In this document: piece by piece, positions 51,387-62,458 of the stretch
How positions within the stretch are numbered: position 1 is the stretch's first letter
Layout of the letters: every line of letters begins with the position of its first letter
Assembly: GCA_027482225.1 (NCBI GenBank)
Contig: JAIXWD010000014.1
Span: 74,719-138,718 of the forward strand
Length of the DNA stretch: 64,000 nucleotides
Source: Bacteroidota bacterium
GTDB taxonomy: Bacteria > Bacteroidota > Bacteroidia > UKL13-3
Reading direction: 5' to 3'
The notes under the pieces: generated by a model
What the model saw: the letters and a program-made list of their open reading frames with translations, nothing else
Told to the model about the DNA's origin: nothing
Databases searched by the model: none
Program-made: the position numbers and the translations under genes

Positions 51387-53489
51387 TTATTTGTTCAACA
51401 CAATTTTAATGGGTTTTGCATCACCCAACTTTATAAAATAAATCCCTGTTTGTAGGTTAACTAAATCTAACTCATTATTTACAGTTGGTTCAATTAACGA
51501 TTCAAAAACCAACTCACCTAGTACATTATAAACTAATGCAACTTGTTTGGTTTTGTTTGAGCTAATAATATTCAATTTTCTATTGGTTGGATTAGGGTAT
51601 ACTGAAAATGAAATAAGATTTACCTTATCTATACCTACTTTAGCAATGCTAAGTATGCTTGATAATACAGAACGCTGCGTATTATCTTTACAATACGCAC
51701 CTTCTTTAAGTTTAGCTTCAATTTGGTAATCCACTGCCAAAAAATTATTCAATAACGAATCAACAAATTGATTTTGCGTGGCACTTAATGTGGCAATTTT
51801 AATAGGTGCTAGATCAAGTGGTTTACGCCAAACTATTACACTATCGGCAACAGCAAATCCATTAACCTCGTAATTATTCCAATACAGCATATTGTTGTTT
51901 TTGCGCAGCAACATGGTGTTGTATGATTTACTGCTATCCAATACCGACTCGATGTTGCAATAATTGGTTGCAGTAATTTTGTATTTGTAAGCATAGTTAC
52001 TTGGAAATGTATGGCTGCTATCTATAAATCTTGTTGCATTGCTATCATTAATGCTTGTAATTTTTTGATACAGATTTAACGAATCATACGAGCGGTAAAT
52101 CTGATAACTTTTTACCTCTACACCTTGTTCCTTTTGCCATTGAAGTATGACATTACGATTTGTTAAAGAATCGTAAGTTACAAGGCATAACTGTTGCACA
52201 ACAGGTTGCTTTACTTTTACATCAACATTTTTTGTAACCACACATCCTGCTTTTTTGGTTTTAACTTGTAACATTAATGTGGTATCCAAAGTAGCATTAA
52301 AAGTGGTATTCACTTGAGTAGAATCGGCAAATACTGCACCTCTCCAAATTGCATAATAATCAGGACCACTTACTGTTGCGTTTAACTGATTTATTCCTGG
52401 ACATACATTGATTTGATTGGGCAAACCAATTTGATTAGATGGTTGAATTGTGATATTTGCCGAAACCAAATTACCTTGAACATACGAACTATCTGGCCAT
52501 AAAAATTGTATTTGTGCGTTGCTATCGGCTACATATAAAAAACCATAATCAGCTAGAGGAGCGCTTGCACCACAATTGTTTTTGGGATACCAGTTTACAA
52601 TGGAATTATAAGTTAGGTTGCTATTTACTTGTTTAATTTCAAAATCGTAAGCCCTTCCAAATCCAAAACGAGCATTAGGCTTGAGTAAAACGGTATCGCC
52701 AACGCAAACATAAAAAGTATCAATATTGGTTTGCCAATTAAAGTAATTTGAAAACGCATTAGGATCACCACCCAAACATGTTGTTATCTTTTTAGAGTAA
52801 ACCATGTATACATCATTTTTTAACAAGGGTAAAATACCGTAAGAATAAATGTAATTAGCCTTATTCCAGCACTGACTGGCTTTGTATTTTATTGCTGCTG
52901 TACCGTATTCATCAATCGCTGCCATCATGGTTAATGAATCATCGCCCATATTATTAAAATCAACAGCAACCATAATATCATCATTTTTGGTATTAAATGT
53001 TTTAGGTAATCCACTAAAAGTAAATGTGGCCCAATTAAAATTCCCACCATTAGGGTCGGGTAAAAGATTTACACCATTTAAACTATAAGTTTCTTGATAT
53101 ACCACAGTTGATGGTGCTTTTTTTAACCTTCGTTTACAAAAAATAGTGTAGGCAGACGAATCATTATTACAAATAGGTGCACCATCGGCCTTAATTAATT
53201 TAATGGTAATAGATCCAGCTGAGCCAACTACTTGTAACTTACTTAAAGCAAGTGCTACTCCATAACAAGTATATGTTTGAAGCGCAATATTGGTATCGCA
53301 CACACCAACTGCCGATGCAATTTGTTCAATATCGGAGGTTACGGGTAAACCAACACTTAATACACGCGTTAAAAAGTTAGAATTATGCAATCCATCGGTA
53401 TATAACTTATCCGTTGGGTAAACCCATTGGGCATTTATATTATGGTTGATGGCAAATACCACCGAAATGATAAAGGCTAATTTTTTCAT
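51387..53489 (-). CDS. T9SS-secreted protein of unknown function
   Basis: Signal peptide; FN3-like region; C-terminal FSVYPNPT..GIYFIK. Confidence 0.8.
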   Translation of the reverse strand: MKKLAFIISVVFAINHNINAQWVYPTDKLYTDGLHNSNFLTRVLSVGLPVTSDIEQIASAVGVCDTNIALQTYTCYGVALALSKLQVVGSAGSITIKLIKADGAPICNNDSSAYTIFCKRRLKKAPSTVVYQETYSLNGVNLLPDPNGGNFNWATFTFSGLPKTFNTKNDDIMVAVDFNNMGDDSLTMMAAIDEYGTAAIKYKASQCWNKANYIYSYGILPLLKNDVYMVYSKKITTCLGGDPNAFSNYFNWQTNIDTFYVCVGDTVLLKPNARFGFGRAYDFEIKQVNSNLTYNSIVNWYPKNNCGASAPLADYGFLYVADSNAQIQFLWPDSSYVQGNLVSANITIQPSNQIGLPNQINVCPGINQLNATVSGPDYYAIWRGAVFADSTQVNTTFNATLDTTLMLQVKTKKAGCVVTKNVDVKVKQPVVQQLCLVTYDSLTNRNVILQWQKEQGVEVKSYQIYRSYDSLNLYQKITSINDSNATRFIDSSHTFPSNYAYKYKITATNYCNIESVLDSSKSYNTMLLRKNNNMLYWNNYEVNGFAVADSVIVWRKPLDLAPIKIATLSATQNQFVDSLLNNFLAVDYQIEAKLKEGAYCKDNTQRSVLSSILSIAKVGIDKVNLISFSVYPNPTNRKLNIISSNKTKQVALVYNVLGELVFESLIEPTVNNELDLVNLQTGIYFIKLGDAKPIKIVLNK

Positions 53490-53798
53490 GGTTTTTGTTT
53501 TTATGATTTAACGGAAGCCAAACCCTTGCTTGTTCTTGGTGTTTATCGAAAGTAACCAAGATAGACTAAAATAACAATATAGAAAGAAGTACCTAAGAGT
53601 GAAATATCTACATTTTGGAAATGTCCTAAAAAACTAGACTTGCTGTAGCATAAAGTAATCACATCCCAAAAGATGACCTTGTTAAACAACAAAAATGCAC
53701 TGATTAACAACATTATACAAATATAAATATCGTAAAAACAAGTTTGGCACTGTTTTTATATAATAGAAGTACATAACACTTTTTTCATTGATAAAATC

Positions 53799-53843
53799 AA
53801 AAAAGCCGGCAGTGATATTGATTACCACTGCCGGCTTATTTTT
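53799..53843 (-). terminator. Intrinsic terminator
   Basis: aagccggcagtg..cactgccggctt with A/T runs. Confidence 0.8.
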
Positions 53844-53848
53844 TATGG

Positions 53849-54370
53849 CTATTTAGCAACGTCAATTCGATAATACTCCCCTACTTTTCTTCTGGGTTTG
53901 GTTGGCCAAAAAGCACTTTCTACTAGAGCATTCCCAGAACCAATTATTATACTTGCTGGTATTATCCAAAGCAAACTTTGGGCATAGGTATTGGTATTAT
54001 TTATTATAAATTCAACGGTTGGAACTACCTCTAATACAGTAACAAATAACATTGTAGTACCTCTCGTGTATATGTATTTACCTTCTTTTCTAATACCTAC
54101 AATTTTATTTAAAGGCATTTGATAAAATTTGGATTGCATTTCCTCAACCATACCAAGCCTGTATGTAAACATGTTATCATCTACACTCACTAAAGTGGCA
54201 TGAATACCTCTTACTTTACCTGATGAATCTAAAAACGAAAAAGTAAATGGATCTCCAGGAAGAATTATTTTAACCTTGTTGTTTTTAATTTTTGTGAGTT
54301 GGATGCCATTTTGGGCATCAACACTAAATGCAAATAAAAGTAGTAGGCTTATTCCAAGAAAATATTTCAT
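53849..54370 (-). CDS. Hypothetical membrane/exported protein
   Basis: Signal peptide and C-terminal hydrophobic segments. Confidence 0.6.
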   Translation of the reverse strand: MKYFLGISLLLLFAFSVDAQNGIQLTKIKNNKVKIILPGDPFTFSFLDSSGKVRGIHATLVSVDDNMFTYRLGMVEEMQSKFYQMPLNKIVGIRKEGKYIYTRGTTMLFVTVLEVVPTVEFIINNTNTYAQSLLWIIPASIIIGSGNALVESAFWPTKPRRKVGEYYRIDVAK

Positions 54371-54384
54371 ACAGTAGCTATTAC

Positions 54385-55236
54385 TTAATTACCATCTAAG
54401 ATTTGAGCAATTTCATCTAAATTAGGTGTTACAATAATTTCTATACGTCTGTTTTTTCTCCGAGCTTCGGCTGTTGGAGCAGCATCTATAGGCCAATACT
54501 CTGCTCTACCTGCTGCAATAAATCGCTCAGGTGCAACTTTACCTGCTTTACTCATCCATCTAATAACGGATGTTGCACGTAATACACTAATATCCCAATT
54601 GTCTTTATAGGTTTGTCCTTTATAGGCTATTTTATCCGTATGCCCTTCTACTGTCATAATGGTAGTTGGGTCTTGGTTTAACACATTAGCAATTTCTAAC
54701 AACGCATTTCTACCTTCAGGGTTTACATCTACTTTACCCGATTGAAACAACAACCGCTCATCAAGAGAGATGTATACTTTACCTCCAACCACATGTACAT
54801 CCACTCCTTTATCTTTAAAACCTAATAAAGCTTGTTGTAGGCGATTACGCGTGACACGCATGATAGAATCTTTACGGAATAATACCGATTCGAGTTCGGC
54901 AATTTTACTTGCTGATAAGGTAAGTTTACTTGATTGCGCAGTAAGCTCCTCGCGCAAACGTTTTCTTTCTGCTTCTAATCGTGCTTTATCAGCATCGCTT
55001 TTATTCATACCCGATCTACAAACCGAATCGATATAAGCTGAGTCTCTTCTTATTCTGTCTACTTCAGAAAGTAAAGCATAAATGCGTTTATCACAATTGT
55101 TATTTTTACCTTTTAATAATTGATACTGGCTATCAGTATAAACCCACAGTGCATACATGTCGTTGTATTTACGTTTTGATACACAAGAAGCGAGGGTAAA
55201 AATGGCTAAACAAGAAAGAATTATTTTGATTCGCAT
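54385..55236 (-). CDS. OmpA/MotB-family lipoprotein with coiled coil
   Basis: LASC lipobox, VEGHTD, NWDISVLRA, NRRIEI. Confidence 0.88.
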   Translation of the reverse strand: MRIKIILSCLAIFTLASCVSKRKYNDMYALWVYTDSQYQLLKGKNNNCDKRIYALLSEVDRIRRDSAYIDSVCRSGMNKSDADKARLEAERKRLREELTAQSSKLTLSASKIAELESVLFRKDSIMRVTRNRLQQALLGFKDKGVDVHVVGGKVYISLDERLLFQSGKVDVNPEGRNALLEIANVLNQDPTTIMTVEGHTDKIAYKGQTYKDNWDISVLRATSVIRWMSKAGKVAPERFIAAGRAEYWPIDAAPTAEARRKNRRIEIIVTPNLDEIAQILDGN

Positions 55237-55427
55237 AACTAGGATTGGTTATTATATCAAAGATAATTTTTTATGCTAAAATGAAAAGAGAAATAAAGCG
55301 ATAGAAAATGTAAATCGCTAAAGTGCTGTTTTACCGATTTAATATAGGTAACAGAAAACAATCATCAAAAAAAATCTAACGAAGTAAACCACACAGATTT
55401 TTAACGATACCTTACATATCGTATGTA

Positions 55428-56987
55428 TTAAACTAATATCTCTTCGCCTTGTGCGTTTATAAAACGGTACTCGCCAAAATGCATAGCATTAATCGGTCTG
55501 ATGCGAATCCAACGTTTGTAAGTCCAAAGCCATTTAAAGCGAATAGATCCTAAGAAACCTTTGGTGAAATAAGCATATAAATAAGGATGAACTTCAATGG
55601 TAATTGAACCTTTCATGTTCATATTTTGAAGGAAATATTTCAACCTATTTTCTATCTCATCTGCAATTACAATACTATTGGTTATTTCACCTGTACCATC
55701 GCAAGTAGGACATTTTTCGGTTGTAACAACTGTCATTTCTGGGCGTACACGCTGGCGCGTAATTTGAATTAACCCAAAAGGACTCATAGGCAAAATTTTG
55801 TGCTTTGCCCTGTCTGTTTTCATTTCGCCTTTTAAACGTTCGTATACCAAACGTTTATTACCCGCAGTTTTCTGATCAATAAAATCAACTACAATGATAC
55901 CACCCATATCACGCAACCTTAGTTGACGGGCAATTTCTGCTGCTGCTTCTAAATTAACCTTAAGCGCATTTTCATCTTGATTAATGTCTTTTCCGGTAAT
56001 ACTACCACTGTTTACATCAATAACATGTAAAGCTTCGGTGTGCTCAATAATTAAATATGAGCCACCCATAAAGTTTATTTCTTTTCCGAACGAACTTTTG
56101 ATTTGTTTATCGATTCCATAGTGTTCAAAAATTGATTGTTTACCAGAGTATAACTTCACAATTTTTTCTAGCTCAGGCGCTTTCTTTTCTATGTATGTTT
56201 TAATCGACTTTAGTAAAAAAGCATCACTTACATAAATACCTGTAAAATCATCATTTAACAAATCGCGTACTAAAGTTAAAGTACGTTCGCTTTCGCCAAG
56301 AATTTTTTGACCAGGAACAGCTGTTTTTAATTGGGCACATAAATGCTCCCAACGTTTCATCAAATCCTTTAAATCATTTTCCAGTTCTTCTACGCTTTGG
56401 CCTTCTGCAACGGTGCGCACTATAACCCCAAAATTGGCAGGCTTAATGCTTTGAACCAATTTTTTTAAACGAAGTCGCTCTTCTGTTTTAACAATTTTTT
56501 TGGAAATAGAAACAACCCCATCAAAAGGCATAAGCACAACGTAACGCCCTGCAAGAGAAAGCTGGGAAGTTAAACGCGGACCTTTATTAGAGATGGGTTC
56601 TTTGGTAACCTGCACCACAACTTGTTGTAGTCGTTGCAATGCTTGGTTAATTTTTCCCGTTTTTTCAATATCGGGTTCATTCAATTTGGCTTCTGGCCAA
56701 ACATTAGCGTGAGGATTATTGCGTAAAGTTTTGGTATGTTTTACCAACGACTTTACCTGAGGGCCAAGATCAAGGTAATGTAGAAATGCATCCTTCTCGT
56801 GCCCAACATCAACAAAAGCAGCATTAAGGCCTGGCATCAGTTTATTTACTGTGCCAAGATAAACATCACCAACAGCGAAACTATTATCCGCTTTTTCATG
56901 ATGCAACTCAATGAGTTTTTTGTCTCTTAGTAGCGCAATTTCAACCCCACCATTTGCATGACTATTAATTACTAGTTCGTAGCTCAC
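55428..56987 (-). CDS. Ribonuclease E/G family
   Basis: AAFVDVG, KGPRLT, VIDVNSG, DMGGIIVVDFID, CPTC. Confidence 0.93.
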   Translation of the reverse strand: MSYELVINSHANGGVEIALLRDKKLIELHHEKADNSFAVGDVYLGTVNKLMPGLNAAFVDVGHEKDAFLHYLDLGPQVKSLVKHTKTLRNNPHANVWPEAKLNEPDIEKTGKINQALQRLQQVVVQVTKEPISNKGPRLTSQLSLAGRYVVLMPFDGVVSISKKIVKTEERLRLKKLVQSIKPANFGVIVRTVAEGQSVEELENDLKDLMKRWEHLCAQLKTAVPGQKILGESERTLTLVRDLLNDDFTGIYVSDAFLLKSIKTYIEKKAPELEKIVKLYSGKQSIFEHYGIDKQIKSSFGKEINFMGGSYLIIEHTEALHVIDVNSGSITGKDINQDENALKVNLEAAAEIARQLRLRDMGGIIVVDFIDQKTAGNKRLVYERLKGEMKTDRAKHKILPMSPFGLIQITRQRVRPEMTVVTTEKCPTCDGTGEITNSIVIADEIENRLKYFLQNMNMKGSITIEVHPYLYAYFTKGFLGSIRFKWLWTYKRWIRIRPINAMHFGEYRFINAQGEEILV

Positions 56988-57095
56988 AATTTTTTACACG
57001 TGTGTTTAAAAACAGCAAACCGCCCAGCAAGGAACGGTTTACCATTAAGATCTTTTGAATAAAAAAGATATTTGTATTACAGCGTTTAAGAAAAT

Positions 57096-57185
57096 TTATT
57101 TTTTCTTATGTCTATTTTTACGAAGTCTTTTTTTACGCTTGTGCGTTGCGATCTTATGTCTTTTTCTTTTCTTTCCGCTTGGCAT
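57096..57185 (-). CDS. Small basic ribosomal protein bS22-like (AURKAIP1/COX24 domain); absent from ORF track
   Basis: Translates to MPSGKKRKRHKIATHKRKKRLRKNRHKKK*. Confidence 0.85.
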   Translation of the reverse strand: MPSGKKRKRHKIATHKRKKRLRKNRHKKK

Positions 57186-57189
57186 AGTG

Positions 57190-58008
57190 TTACAATTTAT
57201 TTAGTTTATTAATTATTTGGTCTATTTCCTTTTTAGCCTCTTTATCGGTTACTAAGGTTTTACACGTTTCGTAGGTTTTGATGGCTTTGGCCACATTACC
57301 ACTTTTTGCATAAACTTCACCTAAGTAAAAATAGTACTCCGGGTTAAAGGGTTCAAGTTTAATCAATTTTTCGAAACGTTCTTGCGCTTTTTCAAATTGG
57401 TTGCTTTGAATAGAAAGCATACCTAAAGTAAAAATAGCTTGAACGTTGTTTGAATCGGTTGCAACAACCTCTTTTAAAAGGCTTACACCTTTCATTACAT
57501 CGTTGTCTCCTTGTATAATACAAACAGCTAAAGCGCTTTTGGCTTGTAAGTTAGCAGGATTTAATTCCAATACTTTTGTGTAAGCCTCTTTTGCTTTACC
57601 AATTGCATGTGTACCTAAAAGACTATCGCTTGCGAAATTGGCTACATTGTAAAATTTACTTCCCGCAGCAAACCAAGTAATTTCGTTATTTTCTAATTGA
57701 GCCAACTGAAGTGTGTAATAAGCACTTAAGTAGGTTACCTTTAACGAATCCCAAAGGTTAGCTAACTGAAGTAAATTTTCTTTGTTTTTTTTATCCGACT
57801 CAAGCAACTCAACCTGTTTTGATTGTTCAGGGGTAAGTTTAGCTTTTTGTTCCTTTAAGAAACCATCAGCATCAAACTGTTCACTTAATACAGAAACACC
57901 TTTTGAGCTGTTTTGCCCAAAAGGAGTTTTGTAGCCCATAACAAATAAAGTAGCTTTAACTACCAATGCGATGGAAACAAGTAAAATTTGCTTGCTGTTA
58001 AATTTCAT
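57190..58008 (-). CDS. TPR protein
   Basis: Repeated TPR helices, e.g. YYFYLGEVYAKSG..AIKTYE. Confidence 0.8.
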   Translation of the reverse strand: MKFNSKQILLVSIALVVKATLFVMGYKTPFGQNSSKGVSVLSEQFDADGFLKEQKAKLTPEQSKQVELLESDKKNKENLLQLANLWDSLKVTYLSAYYTLQLAQLENNEITWFAAGSKFYNVANFASDSLLGTHAIGKAKEAYTKVLELNPANLQAKSALAVCIIQGDNDVMKGVSLLKEVVATDSNNVQAIFTLGMLSIQSNQFEKAQERFEKLIKLEPFNPEYYFYLGEVYAKSGNVAKAIKTYETCKTLVTDKEAKKEIDQIINKLNKL

Positions 58009-58328
58009 TAAGCTTTAGCGGCTAATTTAGCTGCTTTGGTTTTAACCGTTTCGCTTTTCTTAACTTTATCTACAAAAGTCTTAGCCGGTTTAAAACTTGG
58101 GATGAAATGCTCATCAATTACCATTGCGGTGTTTTTGCTGATGTTACGCGCAATTTTTTTAGCTCTCTTTTTAATTACAAAGCTGCCAAAACCGCGGAAA
58201 TAAACATTCTTGCCCTCAGTCATAGAGGTTCTTACTACTTTAAAGAAAGATTCTACTGCTTCTTGCACGTGTGCTTTCTCAATTCCTGTTTTGGTTGCGA
58301 TTTCTGCAATTACTTCTGCTTTTGTCAT
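58008..58328 (-). CDS. HU/IHF family DNA-binding protein
   Basis: MTKAEVI, RGFGSF, ARNISK, PSFKP. Confidence 0.93.
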   Translation of the reverse strand: MTKAEVIAEIATKTGIEKAHVQEAVESFFKVVRTSMTEGKNVYFRGFGSFVIKKRAKKIARNISKNTAMVIDEHFIPSFKPAKTFVDKVKKSETVKTKAAKLAAKA

Positions 58329-58455
58329 TTTCTACGGTTTTTAACAATTAATAACTTTAGAGTCAAATGTTTGGCTTTGCCCCTCATTTGGCAAAGCGGG
58401 TTGCAAAGGTATGAATTTCAAAACAAAATGCACTAATTGATGTAAAAAAATATCT

Positions 58456-59532
58456 GTGGTGTATTTTCGCACTACAAATATGACTCAATTACAACCTTTA
58501 ATTAAATGGTATTTAACCAATAAACGCGAGCTTCCTTGGCGCGATACACAAAACCCTTATTACATTTGGTTATCGGAAATCATATTGCAGCAAACACGTG
58601 TAGAACAAGGCTTACCATATTACAACAAATTTATTGCTAACTATCCTACCCTACTAAAACTTGCGCATGCCATCGATAATGAGGTGATGAAACTATGGCA
58701 AGGTTTGGGTTACTACAACCGTGCGGCCAACATGCTTAAAACAGCGCGTATTATAGCTAATGAATATCATGGTGAATTTCCTAAAACTTATGACGAACTT
58801 ATTACACTTAAAGGCATAGGACCATACACCGCAGCTGCCATCGCTTCATTTGCATTTAATGAAGCCCATGCTGTTGTTGATGGCAACGTATACCGCGTAT
58901 TATCAAGGCTATTTGCAATTGATGAACCTATAAATGGTGCAAAAGGCAAAAAAATATTTGCCGAACTAGCGCAAGAATTACTAAATACCAATGCACCTGC
59001 AACACATAACCAAGCCATAATGGAACTGGGGGCAATGGTTTGCAAGCCCAAACAAGCATTGTGCGAACATTGTGTGTTGCGAATTCAATGCGAGGCATAC
59101 AAACAAAATAAGGTTTATGATTTCCCAGTTAAAGAAAAAAAACGTAAACCAATTGCCCGTTACCTAAACTACTTTTACATAGAAGACAGCAAAGGAAATA
59201 CCTATTTACGCCAACGTAACAATGATGGAATATGGAACAACCTATTTGAATTCCCATTGGTTGAATCTGAAACGGAAGTTAGTGCACAAGACCTATTGCA
59301 ACACCCAAAAACCAAAGAACTTTTAAATAAACTGCCTAACGAATTAGTACCCATGTTTTCTGCCAAACACCAACTTACACATCAAACCTTGTATGCAGTT
59401 TTTTGGCGTGTAAGTGGAAAACAAATAAAACCCTTAGCAGATAAAGGCTATGTGCAGGTATCACCAAATGATATCCATAATTTTGCGGTGCCCCGCTTGC
59501 TTGAGCGTTTTTTGAATACTATATTGCCTTAA
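58456..59532 (+). CDS. mutY: A/G-specific adenine glycosylase
   Basis: SEIILQQTRV, WQGLGYY, GIGPYTA, VDGNV, Fe-S Cys cluster. Confidence 0.95.
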   Translation: MVYFRTTNMTQLQPLIKWYLTNKRELPWRDTQNPYYIWLSEIILQQTRVEQGLPYYNKFIANYPTLLKLAHAIDNEVMKLWQGLGYYNRAANMLKTARIIANEYHGEFPKTYDELITLKGIGPYTAAAIASFAFNEAHAVVDGNVYRVLSRLFAIDEPINGAKGKKIFAELAQELLNTNAPATHNQAIMELGAMVCKPKQALCEHCVLRIQCEAYKQNKVYDFPVKEKKRKPIARYLNYFYIEDSKGNTYLRQRNNDGIWNNLFEFPLVESETEVSAQDLLQHPKTKELLNKLPNELVPMFSAKHQLTHQTLYAVFWRVSGKQIKPLADKGYVQVSPNDIHNFAVPRLLERFLNTILP

Positions 59533-59556
59533 CAAACAATTATATTCTTTACTACT

Positions 59557-60018
59557 ATGAGTGTAAACAAAGTTATTTTAATTGGCAACCTTGGACGCGA
59601 CCCTGAGCAACCACGTGTGCTTGGACAAAACAATACCAGACGTGTATTAACCATAAGTTTGGCTACCAGTGAAAGTTACACCGACAGCAAAACAGGTGAA
59701 AGAAGAACAGATACCGAATGGCACCGTGTGGAGTTGTGGGATAACCTTGCAGACATTGCTCATAAATACCTTAAAAAGGGCTCTACAGTTTATGTTGAAG
59801 GGAAAATTAGAACAGAAAAATGGACCGACCAACAAGGAATTGATCGCAGTGGCATAAAAATAAGAGCGAATAACATAACTTTGTTGGGTTCACGTAATAA
59901 CTCAAATGGAAATGATGGTGCACAAAACCATCAACCACAAGAGCAAAACGCAACAAACACACCTACTACATCAGGTGAAGAGAATAATGTAAATGGAATG
60001 GACGATTTGCCATTTTAA
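59557..60018 (+). CDS. ssb: Single-stranded DNA-binding protein
   Basis: VNKVILIGNLG, TEWH, DDLPF tail. Confidence 0.96.
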   Translation: MSVNKVILIGNLGRDPEQPRVLGQNNTRRVLTISLATSESYTDSKTGERRTDTEWHRVELWDNLADIAHKYLKKGSTVYVEGKIRTEKWTDQQGIDRSGIKIRANNITLLGSRNNSNGNDGAQNHQPQEQNATNTPTTSGEENNVNGMDDLPF

Positions 60019-60049
60019 TACATTGTATGTTTAACTTAATAAATATAAA

Positions 60050-61405
60050 TTGGAAAGTAGTTTAACTTCAGAACCTCCGGTCAATACTGTTTTAAGTATT
60101 ATTAATATAACACTTACCACTGCCGATGTGGCTACCATCTTTATAAGCATAACTGTGGTGGTGGCACTTATTGTTTGCTCGGCAATCATTTCTAGCTCAG
60201 AAAACGCTTTCTTCAGTTTATCTAAATTACAAATTGAAGAATTAACAGAGGAGGAATCACGCACTTCAAAATACATTGATTACTTAATCAATCACCCCAA
60301 ACATTTACTGGCCACCATACTTATATCAAACACTTTTGTAAACATTGCCATTGTTATGGTATCAACTGTAGTAATAGGTTTGTTGTTTGATTTTAGTACA
60401 AACCCCTTGTTTGGGTTTATGATTGAAATTGTACTGGTTACTTTTATATTGGTTCTGTTTGGCGAAGTAATGCCTAAAATATTTGCATCACAAAACAACA
60501 TGCGTGTTGCACGATTTGTGGCCATACCCATGTACTCTTTAAGTAAGGTGCTTAAACCTTTTGTGTTTTTATTGGTAAAATCAACTTCTATTATTGATAA
60601 ACGTGTTACCAAAAAAGGCCATATACTTTCGGTTGATGAGCTAACACATGCCATTGAAATTACCAACGAAGAAGAAACACCTCGTGAAGAAAAAATCATC
60701 CTAAAATCTATTGTAAATTTTGGCAACATAAACGTAAAACAAATTATGCGCCAAAGGCCCGATATTACAGCCATTAAATCGGATACTCCATTTAAACAAT
60801 TGTTGATGAAAATTAACGATTGGGGTTACTCGCGTGTGCCAGTTTATACAGATAATTTAGATAACATTAATGGTGTGCTGTATATTAAAGATTTGCTGCC
60901 TCACATGCACAATGCCGATGATTTTAACTGGCTTACTTTAATACGCAAACCATACTTTGTACCAGAGAGCAAAAAAATTGACGATTTATTAAAAGAGTTC
61001 CAAAGTAAACGTGTGCATTTGGCAGTGGTGGTTGATGAGTTTGGCGGCACACAAGGTATAGTTACCATGGAAGATATTTTGGAAGAAATATTTGGTGAAA
61101 TTAACGATGAGTTTGATGAAGACGAAGTATTTTACTCGCGCTTAAATGACCATACTTTTGTGTTTGAAGCTAAGATAGCCATAAACGACATGTGTAAGTT
61201 TATGGAAGTAGAAACTGAAGTATTTGATGATGCCCGACAAGATGCGGACACCCTTGGTGGCATGTTGCTGGAGCTGCAAGAAGAAATGCCAAAACAAGGT
61301 GATGAAATTGTGTATGCCGATTTTAAATTTGTAATTGAATCGGCTGATAAAAGAAGAATTAAAAGGGTGAAAGTAGAAGTACTTAACCCGCAAAACCAAG
61401 CCTAA
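60050..61405 (+). CDS. gldE: Gliding motility-associated protein GldE (CNNM/CBS/CorC)
   Basis: SSSENAFFSL, FGEVMPK, SRVPV, VVDEFGG; between ssb and gldD. Confidence 0.88.
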   Translation: MESSLTSEPPVNTVLSIINITLTTADVATIFISITVVVALIVCSAIISSSENAFFSLSKLQIEELTEEESRTSKYIDYLINHPKHLLATILISNTFVNIAIVMVSTVVIGLLFDFSTNPLFGFMIEIVLVTFILVLFGEVMPKIFASQNNMRVARFVAIPMYSLSKVLKPFVFLLVKSTSIIDKRVTKKGHILSVDELTHAIEITNEEETPREEKIILKSIVNFGNINVKQIMRQRPDITAIKSDTPFKQLLMKINDWGYSRVPVYTDNLDNINGVLYIKDLLPHMHNADDFNWLTLIRKPYFVPESKKIDDLLKEFQSKRVHLAVVVDEFGGTQGIVTMEDILEEIFGEINDEFDEDEVFYSRLNDHTFVFEAKIAINDMCKFMEVETEVFDDARQDADTLGGMLLELQEEMPKQGDEIVYADFKFVIESADKRRIKRVKVEVLNPQNQA

Positions 61406-61409
61406 ACAT

Positions 61410-61976
61410 ATGAGAATATTATTGCTGTTAACCGTTGTTGTTTTAGGTATTGGATGCGGTGAAGAGTACACCCCAAAACCACGCGGATTTCAGCGTTTTG
61501 AATTCCCACAAAAACAGTATAAAACCCACCACAACGATTGTGGATTTAGCTGCGAAATTCCAGACTATGCTACCGTGCTTCCCGACTTTAGCACCGAAAA
61601 TAAAAAGTGTTGGTTTAATGTATACTACCAACCATACAATGCTACTTTACACATTAGTTTTGATCAAGTAAAAAACCCGCGTGAGTTAGATCAACTTGCA
61701 GAAGATGCACGTACCTTGGTATATAAGCATACCGTAAAAGCAGATGAAATTTACGAAACGTACATAGAAAACGACAGGCTGCATGGTATGGTGTATGAAC
61801 TAAGCGGCAATACTGCAAGTAGTTTTCAGTTTTATGTAACCGATAGTGTAAAAAATTACATGCGTGGTGCACTTTATTTTAATGAGCGCACCAATGTAGA
61901 TAGCGTATCGCCTGTGCTTACCTATTTAAAAAAGGACATCTTACATATGATAGAAACCTTAAAGTGGGAAAAGTAG
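61410..61976 (+). CDS. gldD: Gliding motility lipoprotein GldD
   Basis: Lipobox, PKPRG, KHTVKA, GNTAS..QFYVTDS..RGALYF. Confidence 0.92.
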   Translation: MRILLLLTVVVLGIGCGEEYTPKPRGFQRFEFPQKQYKTHHNDCGFSCEIPDYATVLPDFSTENKKCWFNVYYQPYNATLHISFDQVKNPRELDQLAEDARTLVYKHTVKADEIYETYIENDRLHGMVYELSGNTASSFQFYVTDSVKNYMRGALYFNERTNVDSVSPVLTYLKKDILHMIETLKWEK

Positions 61977-62458
61977 CGTAATAGTTATGGGTCGACAGGT
62001 TGATCAGTCAAAGCTTATTCGAATTGCTATGAGAACTGGGGTTGTTTCGAAACTTAGTTCAGCGGAGCTAAAATAGGATTTACTTCAACATTTCACTTTT
62101 TCATATGATATATCCAACGGATATCCTTTGCAGCAATCATTTTATTTATCCCTAATTTCATTTTGTTAATATATTGCCTGTTTGTAGTACCTAAAAAATT
62201 GGTTATACATAATTTGTAAGCGGATTACTTTTTCAAATCCAAGTTTAGCCTATTTCATATTGTTACTTAATATCTTCCCATTACTTCATTTACATTCCAT
62301 TAATATTACTTTTACTACACTTTATATAATTTTTATGTTTTAATAAAAACAATTGGCTTATTTCGTCATGTATTTAAACCCTAACCTCATATGTATACCA
62401 TTAGCCCAAATTCCATTCATTTATTATTAAATAGTACGAAAGTATTAACCGTTTATAA

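Noticed and set aside
53520..53565. Hairpin cttggt..accaag upstream of the T9SS gene as a riboswitch
   Set aside because: Short, overlaps a probable -7 promoter box, and matches no riboswitch consensus I recognise.
54385..55236. MotB as evidence of flagella
   Set aside because: Lipoprotein with an OmpA-like domain, no motA or flagellar genes nearby.
62110..62270. Possible integrase C-terminal relic (RISFAA.., tataca..gtaagc) upstream of the array head
   Set aside because: Needs several frameshifts and substitutions; could equally be chance in AT-rich DNA. Requires tblastn.
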